A stretch of DNA of 54,628 bases from Myxococcota bacterium (GCA_041288095.1 JBGGMJ010000012.1:1-54628); one strand, 5' to 3'; shown: positions 9,165 to 19,527, counted from the first letter of the stretch. Notes: generated by a model from the sequence alone, not told the origin. Numbers and translations: made by a program.

Positions 9165-10439
9165 GTGCGCAAGGCCGAGGGCGTGAGCACCTCGGCCACG
9201 CACCGCACCATCGAAGCCGTCTTCCGCATGGAGTCGGCGAAGCTCATCGCTCGGCTGACCCGCTTCACGCGTGACGTCGGCGCGGCCGAAGAGCTGGCGC
9301 AGAACGCGCTCCTGGCGGCCCTCGAGCAGTGGCCGACGGCCGGGGTCCCGGACAATCCCGCTGCTTGGCTGATGCAGACCGCCAAGCGACGCGCCATCGA
9401 CGGCGCGCGCCACCTCAAGGTGCGGGACAAGAAACAAGACGAGCTCGGCTACACCACCGAGCTGTCGAAGACGGGGCCGGACATGGAGACGGCGGTCGAT
9501 GACGACGTGGGCGACGATTTGCTCCGTCTCGTCTTCATCTCCTGCCACCCGGTGCTGTCGACCGAGGCGCAGGTCGCGCTGACACTGCGGTTGCTCGCTG
9601 GCCTCACCACCAACGAGATCGCGCGCGCCTTCCTGGTACCGGAGCCGACCATCAGTCAGCGCATCGTGCGCGCCAAGCGCACCCTCACCGAGAAACAGGT
9701 GCCGTTCGAGCTGCCGCGTGGCGAAGAGCGCAAGGCGCGCCTGACGTCCGTTTTGGCGGTCATCTACCTGGTCTTCAACGAAGGCTACTCGGCCACCGCT
9801 GGTGACGACTGGGTGCGGCCCGAGCTCTGTCAGGACGCATTGCGGTTGGCGCGCATCTTGTCGGGGCTGATGCCGGACGAGCCCGAGGTGCACGGCCTCA
9901 CCGCGCTGATGGCGCTGCAAGCGTCGCGCACGGCGGCGCGGACGGACGCCAAGGGCGAGCCGGTGCTCCTTGCCGATCAGAACCGGGCGCGTTGGGACTA
10001 TACGTTGATTGGTCACGGCCTCGAGGCGCTCGAACAGGCCGAACGCATCGGCGGAGGACAGGGGCCGTACACCCTGCAGGCGTCCATCGCGGCTTGTCAC
10101 GCGCGGGCCCGCACTCCCGACGCGACCGACTGGCGACGCATCGCCGAGCTCTACAGCGACCTCGCCGCGGTCACGGAGTCGCCCGTGGTCGAGCTCAACC
10201 GCAGCGTTGCCATCGGCATGGCGGATGGCCCGGCGGCGGGGCTCGCCCACCTCGACTCCTACGACATGTCTGCTTTGGCGGGTTACCACCTACTGCCCGC
10301 CGTGCGCGGTGACTTCTTGAAGAAGCTCGGCCGCCTCGGCGAGGCGCGCGCCGAGCTCCTCCGCGCCGCCGAGCTTGCCCAAAACGACCGTGAAAAGAAG
10401 CTGTTACTCGATCGCGCGGCCGCGTGTGTGGCGGAGTGA
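9165..10439 (+). CDS. ECF sigma factor with C-terminal TPR-like extension (ECF42)
   Basis: GVPDNPAAWL, LRLVFISCHP, IARAFLV..TISQRIVRAK, YLVFNEGY; follows a DGPF gene. Confidence 0.9.
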   Translation: MRKAEGVSTSATHRTIEAVFRMESAKLIARLTRFTRDVGAAEELAQNALLAALEQWPTAGVPDNPAAWLMQTAKRRAIDGARHLKVRDKKQDELGYTTELSKTGPDMETAVDDDVGDDLLRLVFISCHPVLSTEAQVALTLRLLAGLTTNEIARAFLVPEPTISQRIVRAKRTLTEKQVPFELPRGEERKARLTSVLAVIYLVFNEGYSATAGDDWVRPELCQDALRLARILSGLMPDEPEVHGLTALMALQASRTAARTDAKGEPVLLADQNRARWDYTLIGHGLEALEQAERIGGGQGPYTLQASIAACHARARTPDATDWRRIAELYSDLAAVTESPVVELNRSVAIGMADGPAAGLAHLDSYDMSALAGYHLLPAVRGDFLKKLGRLGEARAELLRAAELAQNDREKKLLLDRAAACVAE

Positions 10440-10491
10440 GGCTCAAGTTCTGACGCGATAGCGTCGTTGATACCGATCGAGGAATTGATCG

Positions 10492-11124
10492 GTGAACGCC
10501 CACAGTCGGACCAGCGAGACATTGAACGACCGCTTCTTCGTCGCGGGACTCGCCGTCATCGGCGCGCTCATCCTCACGATGATGGGTGGGCTCGGGCGCT
10601 ACAACGACACACCTGGCTCCGCCGCCACGACGCCGTCGACCTGGCCACGAGCCGCCGGCTTGCCGCTCCACGAGGACGGTCTCACGCTGCTCATGTTCGT
10701 GGACCCGATGTGCGCCCGCACGCGCGCTGGCTTGAACGAGCTACGCCAGCTCATGGTGCCGGGCGGCATCCACGCCGTCGTCCTCTTCGCCATGCCCGAT
10801 GCGCCCGTCGAGGACTGGAGCAACAGCGCCGCGTGGGAGCTTGCCGCCGGGATCCCGGGCGTCGTGGCGCTCCCTGATCCGGGTGAGCACGAGGCGCGCA
10901 TGTTCGGCGCTTCGGCCGCCGGCCAAGTGGTTGTCTATGACCAGCAAGGGCAGCTGGTCTTCAGGGGGGGCATCACCGAGGCGCGTGGGTACGTTGACGC
11001 TGCTTCTGCGGACACGTCGCTGGCGGTTCCAATCCCTCAAAAATACGTTGCAAACCCGATCCGCCCGGTCCCCGTCCGCGCCGTAGCCGAGCGTACCAAG
11101 TCCCGCTCCCACGCATACCCATAG
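10492..11124 (+). CDS. RedB-like membrane-anchored thioredoxin-fold protein
   Basis: N-terminal TM; LLMFVDPMCARTRAGLNEL, EARMFGA, LVFRGGITEARG. One Cys where I recall a CxC in this family. Confidence 0.6.
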   Translation: MNAHSRTSETLNDRFFVAGLAVIGALILTMMGGLGRYNDTPGSAATTPSTWPRAAGLPLHEDGLTLLMFVDPMCARTRAGLNELRQLMVPGGIHAVVLFAMPDAPVEDWSNSAAWELAAGIPGVVALPDPGEHEARMFGASAAGQVVVYDQQGQLVFRGGITEARGYVDAASADTSLAVPIPQKYVANPIRPVPVRAVAERTKSRSHAYP

Positions 11125-12248
11125 TTCACCCGCAGCACCGTGCTTGCCGACCACCGCCAAGCCACCGACCCGGTCACCCGTGTCACGTCTTGCGCCGCCG
11201 AGGTCGCCGTCGCCGGCAGCTCGCCAACGTTGTAGTCGACGTACTCGAGCCGCGCGCCGACCTCGATCTGCGTGGCGTCGTACCCAAGCGCGGCGAACCG
11301 CCAAACCGGAGCGATGACGTCCGTATGCGTTCCCCACTGGCGATTGCCGAAGGTCGAGCGCAGGCTCGCCGGCACGTCGATCGACGCGTGCGCGGCTTCT
11401 CCGCGCACCTCGAGCCACTGCAACGACAAGCGATAGTCCACTGCCGCGATCAGCAGGTCGCGGCGACTATCGATACGCAGTCCGTCCACCACGTAGGTGT
11501 TGAAGGCGCCGTAATAAGCGGAGAGCCCTAGCTCCCCGAGGCGGCGGTAGCGCAGCGCCGCGCGTCCGGTGAACGCCGGACTGCGGTTGTTGTCCTCCGC
11601 GAACAGCTCGTTGCCGCGCCCGGCCGGGATGCTCGTCCGCCCCAGCGGATTGTCGAGCACGCCGTCGCCCAAGCCCTGCGTGACATAGGCCTGGTAGTCG
11701 AGATCCAGTGGACCGACGAGGACGGTGCCGTGAGCGCCGGCGCCCACCTCCGAGAAGGTCGCTGGAATGATCGTCGTCGATACCAGTGGCCGCTCGACGA
11801 AATCCCAGAGGGGACCATCGTGCGCCTGATTGAAAGCGCCGATTGGCGTCAGGATGATGCCGGCGCGGAAGACCAGCTCGGGCATGGCCTCGATGTCGAC
11901 CGTCGCGGTCTCGAGCTTGATCTCCTCGGTGCCGTGCTCGAATTCGACCTCCGCCACGAAGCGGATGAAGCGCGTGATCGGCGAGTAGACGAACAAGTTG
12001 AAGCGCTGGAACTCGAACGAAGGGCCTTCGTCGATGCCGTCGGTACGGGCGTAGTTGAGGCTGAATTCGGTGTAACCGCCGAGTGAGGCGTTGGCGCCGC
12101 CAATCATGAACGGGCGCGAGAAGACCGCGTCCTGTTTGGCGGTGCCGCTGATGGGGTTCGGTGACTGCGGCGGGGAGACCTCAGTCGCCGGTACGCTCTC
12201 GGACTCCTCCGCGGCCGCGAGGGCGAGCATCAAGAACGCGACGGTCAC
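11037..12248 (-). CDS. Outer-membrane porin-like beta-barrel (paralog 1)
   Basis: Signal peptide, GGY, EVEFEH, GIILTPIGAFNQAHDGP..VERPLVSTTIIPATFSEVG, C-terminal Phe. Confidence 0.8.
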   Translation of the reverse strand: MTVAFLMLALAAAEESESVPATEVSPPQSPNPISGTAKQDAVFSRPFMIGGANASLGGYTEFSLNYARTDGIDEGPSFEFQRFNLFVYSPITRFIRFVAEVEFEHGTEEIKLETATVDIEAMPELVFRAGIILTPIGAFNQAHDGPLWDFVERPLVSTTIIPATFSEVGAGAHGTVLVGPLDLDYQAYVTQGLGDGVLDNPLGRTSIPAGRGNELFAEDNNRSPAFTGRAALRYRRLGELGLSAYYGAFNTYVVDGLRIDSRRDLLIAAVDYRLSLQWLEVRGEAAHASIDVPASLRSTFGNRQWGTHTDVIAPVWRFAALGYDATQIEVGARLEYVDYNVGELPATATSAAQDVTRVTGSVAWRWSASTVLRVNYGYAWERDLVRSATARTGTGRIGFATYF

Positions 12249-12643
12249 GCGCGCTCCAGGTACACCAGCGCCGTCGGGCCTTCGACCTCGACCCGATAGG
12301 TAGTGAGCGGCTCGGTCGCCGGACCATTGAGCACCGCGCCGCGCAGATCGAAGCGGCTACCGTGGCATGGGCAGACCAGCTCGTCACGGCGCTTGCTCAC
12401 CGCGCAGCCTTGATGGGAGCACGTGAGTGTTACAGCGGACAGCTCGCCGTCGGCGCCTCGTTGCAGCATGAACGCGTCTTTTCCCAGATCGACCTGGATG
12501 AAACCGTCAGCGTCGAGCTCGGAGAGCGGTACGCGAATGACACCGCCGGTGAGTGGTGCGGGGCGGTACCAGCGCGCCTGTGAGCAAGCGACGAGGTAAC
12601 CGAGCGGCGCGAGGAGCACGGTGCGCCGGCATAGCGAGGTCAT
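12245..12643 (-). CDS. Rieske [2Fe-2S] protein, Tat/lipoprotein-like leader
   Basis: CSHQGC and CPCHGS; RRTVLL...LVAC leader; ATGA overlap with the upstream gene. Confidence 0.9.
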   Translation of the reverse strand: MTSLCRRTVLLAPLGYLVACSQARWYRPAPLTGGVIRVPLSELDADGFIQVDLGKDAFMLQRGADGELSAVTLTCSHQGCAVSKRRDELVCPCHGSRFDLRGAVLNGPATEPLTTYRVEVEGPTALVYLERA

Positions 12644-13848
12644 AGCGACTCCAGGAAGGCGTAGAGGGCACGGCGTTCGTCTTCGGAAAGGCCATCGAAG
12701 CGGCTGCGCGCGGCCGCTCCCTCGCCGCCGTGGTAGGCGACGGCCTCCGCGAACGAGCGAGCGCGGCCGTCGTGGAGATAGAAACCCTCGCCACCTTGTG
12801 ACTGCGCGCCGAGCCCCAACCCCCAGAGCGGCGTGGTGCGCCACTCCGACGTCGTGGCGATGCCCTCGGTATAGCCGTCGTCGAGCTCGGGGCCCATGTC
12901 GTGCAGCAAGAAGTCGGAGTAGGGTGCGAAGGTCACGCCCGCCAAGGCCGCGATGACGGATGAGCCGGTGGTCATGCTGCTGACGTGGCAGCTCGAGCAG
13001 CCGAGGTCGGCGAACAGACTCTCGCCGGCGCGCACTCGCGCGTCGCTCTGGTTACGTCTTGGCGGCGCCTTCAAGGTGCGCAGATAGATGGTCACGTCCG
13101 CGAGCTCGGCGGCATCGATCTCGAACCCGGCGTCGAGGACCTCGGAGCCCGCGAGCAAGGAAACGCCCGTGAACGGAGTCGTGATGCCCATGTCTTGCAC
13201 GTAGGCGGTGAGCGTCTGGTGCAGCAGGCTCGTCGCCGAAGCCTTGCGCCCGAAGCGGCCGACGTAGGGCGCGGCTGTCCCAACGCCATCGGGCAGCGCC
13301 ACGTCGCGCGCGAACATGTCCGCGAGCGCCGGCGTCGGTGTCAGCCGCTGTGGCCGGCCCGAGATACCGTCGCCATCGACATCGCCGGGGTCCGCGAGCG
13401 CCAGCAAGACGTCGTCGGGGACCGCCTCAACGAGGCCGAGACCGCTCACCGGAGGCGCAATGAACCGGGTGACGCCCGTCGCCTCGTCGGGGACACGCTC
13501 GGCTGCCTGTCCGGGGATGGCGCGCGACTGCAATTGCGGACCACCGTGGGCAATCATCGGGTCGAAGACGTCGCCGTCGAGCATGCGCCCGAAGCGCACC
13601 AAGGCAAGCTCCGGATGCGAGCGGCCGTCACCCGGGTGGCAACTGTCGCACGAGGTGGCCACGAAGGTCGGGCCGAGGCCATCGGTGGTCGAGAAGCGCC
13701 GCGCGAACTGGGTGTCGCCACGGGCGAACGTCGCGAGCTCCGGCTGGGTGAGGCCGTCAACGGGGCCGTCGAGCAGGGTGCTGTCGTCGGGCGCGCCTGG
13801 AAAACAGGCGGTGAGGGCGAGCGCGGTGCTGGCGAGAGCTCTCCACAT
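12640..13848 (-). CDS. Di-haem oxidoreductase (DHOR) family lipoprotein (paralog 1)
   Basis: GLGP, CDSCH, DGDGISGR, GRFGRK, CSSCH, DFLLHDMG, WRTTPLWG, YLHDGRA. Confidence 0.92.
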   Translation of the reverse strand: MWRALASTALALTACFPGAPDDSTLLDGPVDGLTQPELATFARGDTQFARRFSTTDGLGPTFVATSCDSCHPGDGRSHPELALVRFGRMLDGDVFDPMIAHGGPQLQSRAIPGQAAERVPDEATGVTRFIAPPVSGLGLVEAVPDDVLLALADPGDVDGDGISGRPQRLTPTPALADMFARDVALPDGVGTAAPYVGRFGRKASATSLLHQTLTAYVQDMGITTPFTGVSLLAGSEVLDAGFEIDAAELADVTIYLRTLKAPPRRNQSDARVRAGESLFADLGCSSCHVSSMTTGSSVIAALAGVTFAPYSDFLLHDMGPELDDGYTEGIATTSEWRTTPLWGLGLGAQSQGGEGFYLHDGRARSFAEAVAYHGGEGAAARSRFDGLSEDERRALYAFLESL

Positions 13849-13928
13849 GGTGCGTGCTATCTAATATAGCACCGGCTATATCGGTGGGGGAAGAGGCGGC
13901 TTGCGGGCTTTCGACGGCGCCGGCGCTG

Positions 13929-14828
13929 CTACGGTGTTCGGGTGACGACCACGTCGTCGACGTCGCAGGTGCCGCGCCCGGCGAAATGGTTCTGGCTGAA
14001 GATCTGCAAGTAGGCGCCGTCGGCGAATTCGTCGGTCAGCGCCGCCTCGCCGAGGCTCGCCCAGGTGCCGTCGAGGGTGCCGCTCACGAGGGTGGCGCCG
14101 CCGTCGAACGTCACCGACCAGCCCACGGCATCGACGACGATGGTGACGACGATTGGTGCCGGTGGCGTCTGCACGACCTCGTAATTGGCCCTGCTTTCCA
14201 TGCCGGCGCATGGCCCATAGCAGTCGACGGGTTTGGTCGCGTTGTTGATGGCCAGGTCACCGGTGACGACGTAGCTCGTCGTGATGACGTCATCGCGTTC
14301 GAGGTTGAGCGAAACGAACAGACCACCCGTCGTATTGTAGAAGCGTTGGCCGTTGTAGCTCGCGCGGTTGGAGCGAGCCGACGCCAAGCCGATGTCGATG
14401 CCGAAGTCGGTGTACATCGCGGAGTCCTGCGTGATGTCGAGCGCGGTGAGGGTCGTCGTGAACGTCCAAGTGGCGCCGTCGGTGATGGCGAACGTGTCGA
14501 GGCTGTTGACGAGCGTGGTCGCGTAGTCCGCGTCGGCGTTGTCCATGTGCAGCCGACTGCTGAACGTGCTCACGTTGAACCCGTAGAACCCGGCGCCGGC
14601 GCCGACACTGTTGGTGCCCACGTCACTGTCATCGAAGCCGTTGCTCATGACGATGACGGGCACGGGCGGGTCGTCGTCGGGCTGGTCTGTGTCGGCGGTC
14701 GCATCCGTGTCGCCGGGCACGTCGGTGTCGCCCGGTAGCTCGTCGTCGTTACGATCGGGTTGCTGGGTGCGGCCGCAGGACGCGAGGAGCAGGAGCACGA
14801 GCGCGAGTCGCCCGGAGGGAATCCTCAT
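13929..14828 (-). CDS. Hypothetical lipoprotein (acidic linker plus beta-rich domain)
   Basis: LLLLASC lipobox, PGDTD repeats; ATGA overlap with the upstream gene. Confidence 0.7.
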   Translation of the reverse strand: MRIPSGRLALVLLLLASCGRTQQPDRNDDELPGDTDVPGDTDATADTDQPDDDPPVPVIVMSNGFDDSDVGTNSVGAGAGFYGFNVSTFSSRLHMDNADADYATTLVNSLDTFAITDGATWTFTTTLTALDITQDSAMYTDFGIDIGLASARSNRASYNGQRFYNTTGGLFVSLNLERDDVITTSYVVTGDLAINNATKPVDCYGPCAGMESRANYEVVQTPPAPIVVTIVVDAVGWSVTFDGGATLVSGTLDGTWASLGEAALTDEFADGAYLQIFSQNHFAGRGTCDVDDVVVTRTP

Positions 14829-15847
14829 GCCCAACGAGTTAACCAGGCCTCGCGCTTGGCCGCCAGGCGGCGTGCTTCCGCCGGCGGCAGGTCGGCATGC
14901 CCGAGGCTCATGACGAAGAGGTCCTTGCGCCCGGCGAGGGCGTTATAGACGGCGAATTGACCGGGTGGTGCGACCAAGGCGTCGGAGAGGGCCGCGGCGA
15001 CCAGCGTCGGTGTGGTCACGAGGCGGGCGGCGGCTCCTGCGTCGAAGTAGCCGAGGGTGCGATAGACGTTCGCCGGCCGGCCTGACTTGGCGATGTATTC
15101 CTGGACGGCGTTGGCGCTACCGAACGTGGGCAGACGCATGCGCAACGGCTGATGACCGAAGGTCGGCACCTCGAAGTATGCCTTGGCGAAGCGCTTGTCC
15201 CAGGCCAGCGCCAAGATGCCGATGCCGCCGCCGAAGCTCGCGCCTTCTAGGATGAGGCGTTGCCTAGTCGCGGGCACGGCCGCGAGCAGGGCGCCGGTCG
15301 CCGACCAGATGTCCGCCACCGAGCCCCCGAGCGCGTAGGTTTCGCGCGATTCGATGCCGTGGACGACGTGTTTCGTGGAGTCACCCGGGATGCTCGGATC
15401 GATGGACAAGCCGAAGCCGCGAATGCAGGGGAAGAGGACCGCGGTCGTCGGTGCGTAGCGCGCGAGCTCTGCCGCCGTCGGTGCTTCCCGGCCGCCGTAG
15501 CCATGGACGCTGACCACCCCGTCGCGGGCGGCGCCTGACACCGGCAACGCGAGCCACCCCCCGAGGCGCGTGCCGCCCACGCCGTCGAAGTGGGCGACGT
15601 GGACAGCGAAGTCTCCTGTCCGCTTTGGCGGACTCAAGGAGAGCCGCGGTGGGATGGCGACGGCGCGAGCGTAACGCGGTGACCAGAAAGCCGCGAAGTC
15701 GGGCGGGGCGAACGGAGGCTGGACGCGACCGAGCTCGCTCAGGCTGTAGCCATAGGTCGGGTCGAACTCGGGCGGCGCGGGTGCCCGAGTGGTCGCCAAG
15801 ACCGGCGGCGCGAAGGAGACCGACTGGGTGCCGGCGACGGGACGCAT
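14825..15847 (-). CDS. Acetylxylan esterase / cephalosporin-C deacetylase (CE7) family
   Basis: PPDFAAFW, HGYGG, GASFGGG nucleophile elbow, YFD, PPGQFAVYN, GH. Confidence 0.88.
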   Translation of the reverse strand: MRPVAGTQSVSFAPPVLATTRAPAPPEFDPTYGYSLSELGRVQPPFAPPDFAAFWSPRYARAVAIPPRLSLSPPKRTGDFAVHVAHFDGVGGTRLGGWLALPVSGAARDGVVSVHGYGGREAPTAAELARYAPTTAVLFPCIRGFGLSIDPSIPGDSTKHVVHGIESRETYALGGSVADIWSATGALLAAVPATRQRLILEGASFGGGIGILALAWDKRFAKAYFEVPTFGHQPLRMRLPTFGSANAVQEYIAKSGRPANVYRTLGYFDAGAAARLVTTPTLVAAALSDALVAPPGQFAVYNALAGRKDLFVMSLGHADLPPAEARRLAAKREAWLTRWA

Positions 15848-15856
15848 ACGCCCGAT

Positions 15857-17296
15857 TTATCGCCGAAAAGCGAAGGTTGATGCGGCCGCGGCGACCGCCG
15901 AGCAAAGTGCCAGGCCGGTGAAGAGAAAATCGCTCACCACGACCGCCTGGATGGGCTTGGCGAAGAGCAGGTCGCTGCCGACAACGGACGCAAAGATCAG
16001 GGCGGCTCCGCCGAGGAACCAGGTGATGGCCCGGCGCGGCGACGGCCTGAGGATGAGCGTGACGGCTGTCGCGACCAGCCAGGCACCGTAGAACACGACC
16101 CGCTCGAAGGGGAGCTCGAGTCGATTGGCCGCGGCATAGAGTGCACTCGCCAGGACCAAGCCGCAGCATACGCCGATGGTCGCGGCTTCGATGTAGAGAT
16201 GGACGGGGCGCTCGCGTTGCGGGTCCCGGCGCGCCACCCAAACGATGTTGCCGGTGACGATGACGATGGCGCCGGCGAGCGCCAGCATGGCGTGGATGAG
16301 GAGCGCGATGAGTCCGCCATAGCGTGCGAAGTGAAAGTTGTGAAGCGCGTGGGCGATGATGGCGTAGGGTGGTGTCGCTTGCTCGATGACCTTTCCTTGC
16401 ACGGCATCGAGGAAGACCACGCGCTCACCGCCGAAGGCCGGCCCGGGGAAATACAGGCGCATCCAAGCGGCACGGTCGCCGTCGTTGAAGAGCTGCAGAT
16501 AGGTCGGCGTCGCCTCGTCGCCGAGGGCTGCTTGGGCGCGTCGCACCAAGGTGTCGAGGTCGAGCGTAGCGGCCGCGACGTGTTCCCGAGCCCGATCGAG
16601 CTTGGCGTCGCCCATTAGCGCCTCGATGGGGGGCAGGTCGCGGACCACCGCCCGCGCGCCTTTTGCGTAGGTGCCGCCGAGCACGAAGACCGCGCCGGAC
16701 CAGGCCACCACCGTCATGAAAGGCAGGCCAAATACCCCCAGCACCTTGTGCACGTCCGACATGGAAAAACGTGGCCGCAGCCCGAGCCGCAAGCGCACGA
16801 GTTGCTCGGGCAGATCCTTGAGGTGAATGACGAGGCCGGTCACCAGCGCGACAATCAAGAAGACCGCCGCGACACCGCTCGCCTCCTCTCCGCCCGGGAG
16901 CTGCTGCAGGTGGTGCAAATGATAGAGCTCGTGCGACAGTCGCGTCCGCTCCGGGACGATGCTGCCTTGGCGCGGATCGACCCAGGTCATGCGCGTGGCC
17001 CCGCCGGTCGGCTTGACGTAGCTCGCGACGAAACTCGTCCCCGGATACGGCACCATGGAGAGGTAAGCGCCTTCGGGGAGCAGCGCCGCCTCGCGCAGGG
17101 CCATGCGCACGCCTTCGAACGACGGCGGAGCCTGCGATGCCGCGTACAGCGCCGGCTCTTGCCAGATCGCGAGCTCTCGCCTGAACAGCGCGAATACTCC
17201 GCAATAGAAGACGATGAAGGCCCATAGGCTCAGGGCGACACCGGCCCAAGCGTGTAGCTCCCACTCGACGCGGAAGGTAGGCGCCGACAGCTTCAA
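15857..17296 (-). CDS. PepSY-associated TM helix protein
   Basis: LHAWAG, LYHLH, VHKVLGVFGLPF, LHNFHFARYGG; TTG start overlaps the upstream stop. Confidence 0.85.
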   Translation of the reverse strand: MKLSAPTFRVEWELHAWAGVALSLWAFIVFYCGVFALFRRELAIWQEPALYAASQAPPSFEGVRMALREAALLPEGAYLSMVPYPGTSFVASYVKPTGGATRMTWVDPRQGSIVPERTRLSHELYHLHHLQQLPGGEEASGVAAVFLIVALVTGLVIHLKDLPEQLVRLRLGLRPRFSMSDVHKVLGVFGLPFMTVVAWSGAVFVLGGTYAKGARAVVRDLPPIEALMGDAKLDRAREHVAAATLDLDTLVRRAQAALGDEATPTYLQLFNDGDRAAWMRLYFPGPAFGGERVVFLDAVQGKVIEQATPPYAIIAHALHNFHFARYGGLIALLIHAMLALAGAIVIVTGNIVWVARRDPQRERPVHLYIEAATIGVCCGLVLASALYAAANRLELPFERVVFYGAWLVATAVTLILRPSPRRAITWFLGGAALIFASVVGSDLLFAKPIQAVVVSDFLFTGLALCSAVAAAASTFAFRR

Positions 17297-17490
17297 TGGC
17301 GACGCCCCGCGAGCGGCAATACGCAGGCGAGCGTTACCCAAAGCGGCACGACGGCGTGCGCGCAGATCGCGAAAGCGAGCTCCGGGCGCAGCGGCAGGAC
17401 GGCGAGCAGCGCGGTCGGAAGCACGAGGGCGAGAAGCAGGGCGCCGCCGGTCGCGTTCGCGGTTTTCAGCGCTGTCGCCGAGAAGCTCAT
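17293..17490 (-). CDS. Small membrane protein coupled to the PepSY-TM gene
   Basis: 65 aa, two hydrophobic helices, translationally coupled. Confidence 0.6.
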   Translation of the reverse strand: MSFSATALKTANATGGALLLALVLPTALLAVLPLRPELAFAICAHAVVPLWVTLACVLPLAGRRH

Positions 17491-17532
17491 GGGCGCCGCC
17501 CTACACGAGCGCCGCGCCGTGAGCCAAGCGTC

Positions 17533-19527
17533 TTATTCGGCAGGCGCGAACAGACGCAGCGCCTTGCCCAAGGCGTCACGAGTGCCCGCGAGGTAGACGA
17601 TGTCTCCGGGCTCGAGTGGCACCGTGGGGTCGGGATTGTCGAGCAAGGTGTCGCCGCGGCGCACACCGACGACCAGGGCTCCGGTCTCGTTGCGCAAGCG
17701 GAGGCTCACCAGCGACGCGCCGGAGAGCGGGCTGTTCATGTGGACGAGCGCGGTTTCGATTTTCATGTCCGCCAAAGCACGCACGTCGCCCAGCTTGCTG
17801 CGTGGCATGGTTTGCTTGCGGTCGCTGGTCTGCGACTCGGAGCGTACGTGGCGAATGCTGTCGTCGATGACGTTGCGGGGCACGTTGATGAAACGCAGCA
17901 TCCGCGCGATGATCTCGACGGCGCTCTCGACTTCCTCGGCGACCACATCGGTGGCGCCGAGCTTGAACAGCGGCTGACGCTCGGCGAGGTAGCGAGTGCG
18001 CATCAGAATGGCGGTGCTTGGAGAAACACGGCGGATGGTGTCGCAGACACGCTCGGCGGCGAGTGGGTCGTTCATGAGCAGCACGACCATGCGGGCGCGC
18101 TCGATGCCGGCGTGGTGCAGCGCTTCCTCGCTCGTCGCGTCGCCGTAGAAGACCGGCAGATCGAGGAGGCGCGCGCGGCGCACGTTCTCGGCGTTGAGCT
18201 CGAGACAAACGAAGGGCACACCGCACTCGTGGAGGGCCTGCGCCGAAAAGCGTCCGGCGAGGCCGAAGCCAACCACCACCACGTGGTCCTCGAGCTGCAT
18301 CTTGTCTTCATCGGCAGCGTCGATGCTGCGCACGCCGATCATCCGCTCCAGCGGAGCCAGCAGGCGCTCACCGGCTTTGACGTGGGGCGCGGCGCGCGCC
18401 AAGAGAGGCGTCAGGAACATCGACAGGATACCTGCCGCGAGCAGGGGCGCGGCGATGCTGTCGTCGATGACGCCGTTTGCCTGCGCGAGCCGGGTCAAGA
18501 CGAAGCCGAACTCTCCGAACTGCGCGAGCCCCACGCCGGCGAGCCAGGCCACTCGCGAGGGAAAACGCATCGCCATGGCGGCGACCGACGCGAGGAGTCC
18601 CTTGGCGATGATGAAGCCAGCCAGGAGCGCGGCCACCAACGCCGCGTTCTCGAACACGACACGGACGTCGAAGAGCATGCCGAGCGAGATGAAGAAGATG
18701 GAGACGAAGGCGTCACGCAGCGGCAGGATATCGCCGAGCGCGCGGTGGCCGAACTCGGTGTCGGCGACGACCATGCCGCCGAGAAAGGCGCCGAGCGCGA
18801 GCGAAAGCCCGGCGAGCGAAGTCAGCCACGCCGTGCCGATGCATAGACCGAGAATGGCGAGCAGGAAGATCTCGCGGCTGCGGCTCGCGTCCACCCAGCG
18901 CAGCACCCTGGGCACCACGAAGCGGGAGATCGCGATGGTGCCGATGACGACGATGGCCGCTTTCACGAGGGCTATTGCGATGTTCATCGCCGCGTGGTCG
19001 GCCCCGTCGGTGGCATCGAGGAGCGGCACGATCAGCACCATCGGCACGACGCACAGGTCCTGGAAGATCAGGGTGCCGACGATGAAGCGCCCGTGGGGGG
19101 CGTCGAGCTCGCGGCGTTCCGTCAAGGCGCGTAGGACGATGGCGGTGCTCGAGAGGGCGAAGGCGAAGCCGAAGAACACCCCGCGTCCGAGGTTCTGCCC
19201 GAGCGCCATGGCGATGGCGGCGACGACCGTCGTGGTGAGCACGACTTGCACCAGGCCGCCGACAGCGCCTTGCTTCATGACGTCGCGCATGCGGCCGAAC
19301 GAGAACTCGAGGCCAATCGAGAAGAGCAGGAGGACGACGCCGACCTCGGCCAGCACCTCGATGGCCTCGACTTTGGTTGCGAGGTGCAAGCCGTAGGGAC
19401 CGAGCAGGGCGCCAGCCGCCAACAGGCCGGCGACCGTCGGCAGCTTCAGGCGCGACAAGACGACGGTCACTGCGACGGCGAGAGCCGCGACGATGGCGAG
19501 CTCGTCGAGCAGGGGCAGATGACCCAT
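17533..19527 (-). CDS. Monovalent cation:proton antiporter-2 (CPA2) with TrkA-N and TrkA-C domains
   Basis: AEVGVVLLLFSIGLE, SSTAI, FQD, GLAQFGEFGF, VVGFG, YGDA. Confidence 0.92.
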   Translation of the reverse strand: MGHLPLLDELAIVAALAVAVTVVLSRLKLPTVAGLLAAGALLGPYGLHLATKVEAIEVLAEVGVVLLLFSIGLEFSFGRMRDVMKQGAVGGLVQVVLTTTVVAAIAMALGQNLGRGVFFGFAFALSSTAIVLRALTERRELDAPHGRFIVGTLIFQDLCVVPMVLIVPLLDATDGADHAAMNIAIALVKAAIVVIGTIAISRFVVPRVLRWVDASRSREIFLLAILGLCIGTAWLTSLAGLSLALGAFLGGMVVADTEFGHRALGDILPLRDAFVSIFFISLGMLFDVRVVFENAALVAALLAGFIIAKGLLASVAAMAMRFPSRVAWLAGVGLAQFGEFGFVLTRLAQANGVIDDSIAAPLLAAGILSMFLTPLLARAAPHVKAGERLLAPLERMIGVRSIDAADEDKMQLEDHVVVVGFGLAGRFSAQALHECGVPFVCLELNAENVRRARLLDLPVFYGDATSEEALHHAGIERARMVVLLMNDPLAAERVCDTIRRVSPSTAILMRTRYLAERQPLFKLGATDVVAEEVESAVEIIARMLRFINVPRNVIDDSIRHVRSESQTSDRKQTMPRSKLGDVRALADMKIETALVHMNSPLSGASLVSLRLRNETGALVVGVRRGDTLLDNPDPTVPLEPGDIVYLAGTRDALGKALRLFAPAE

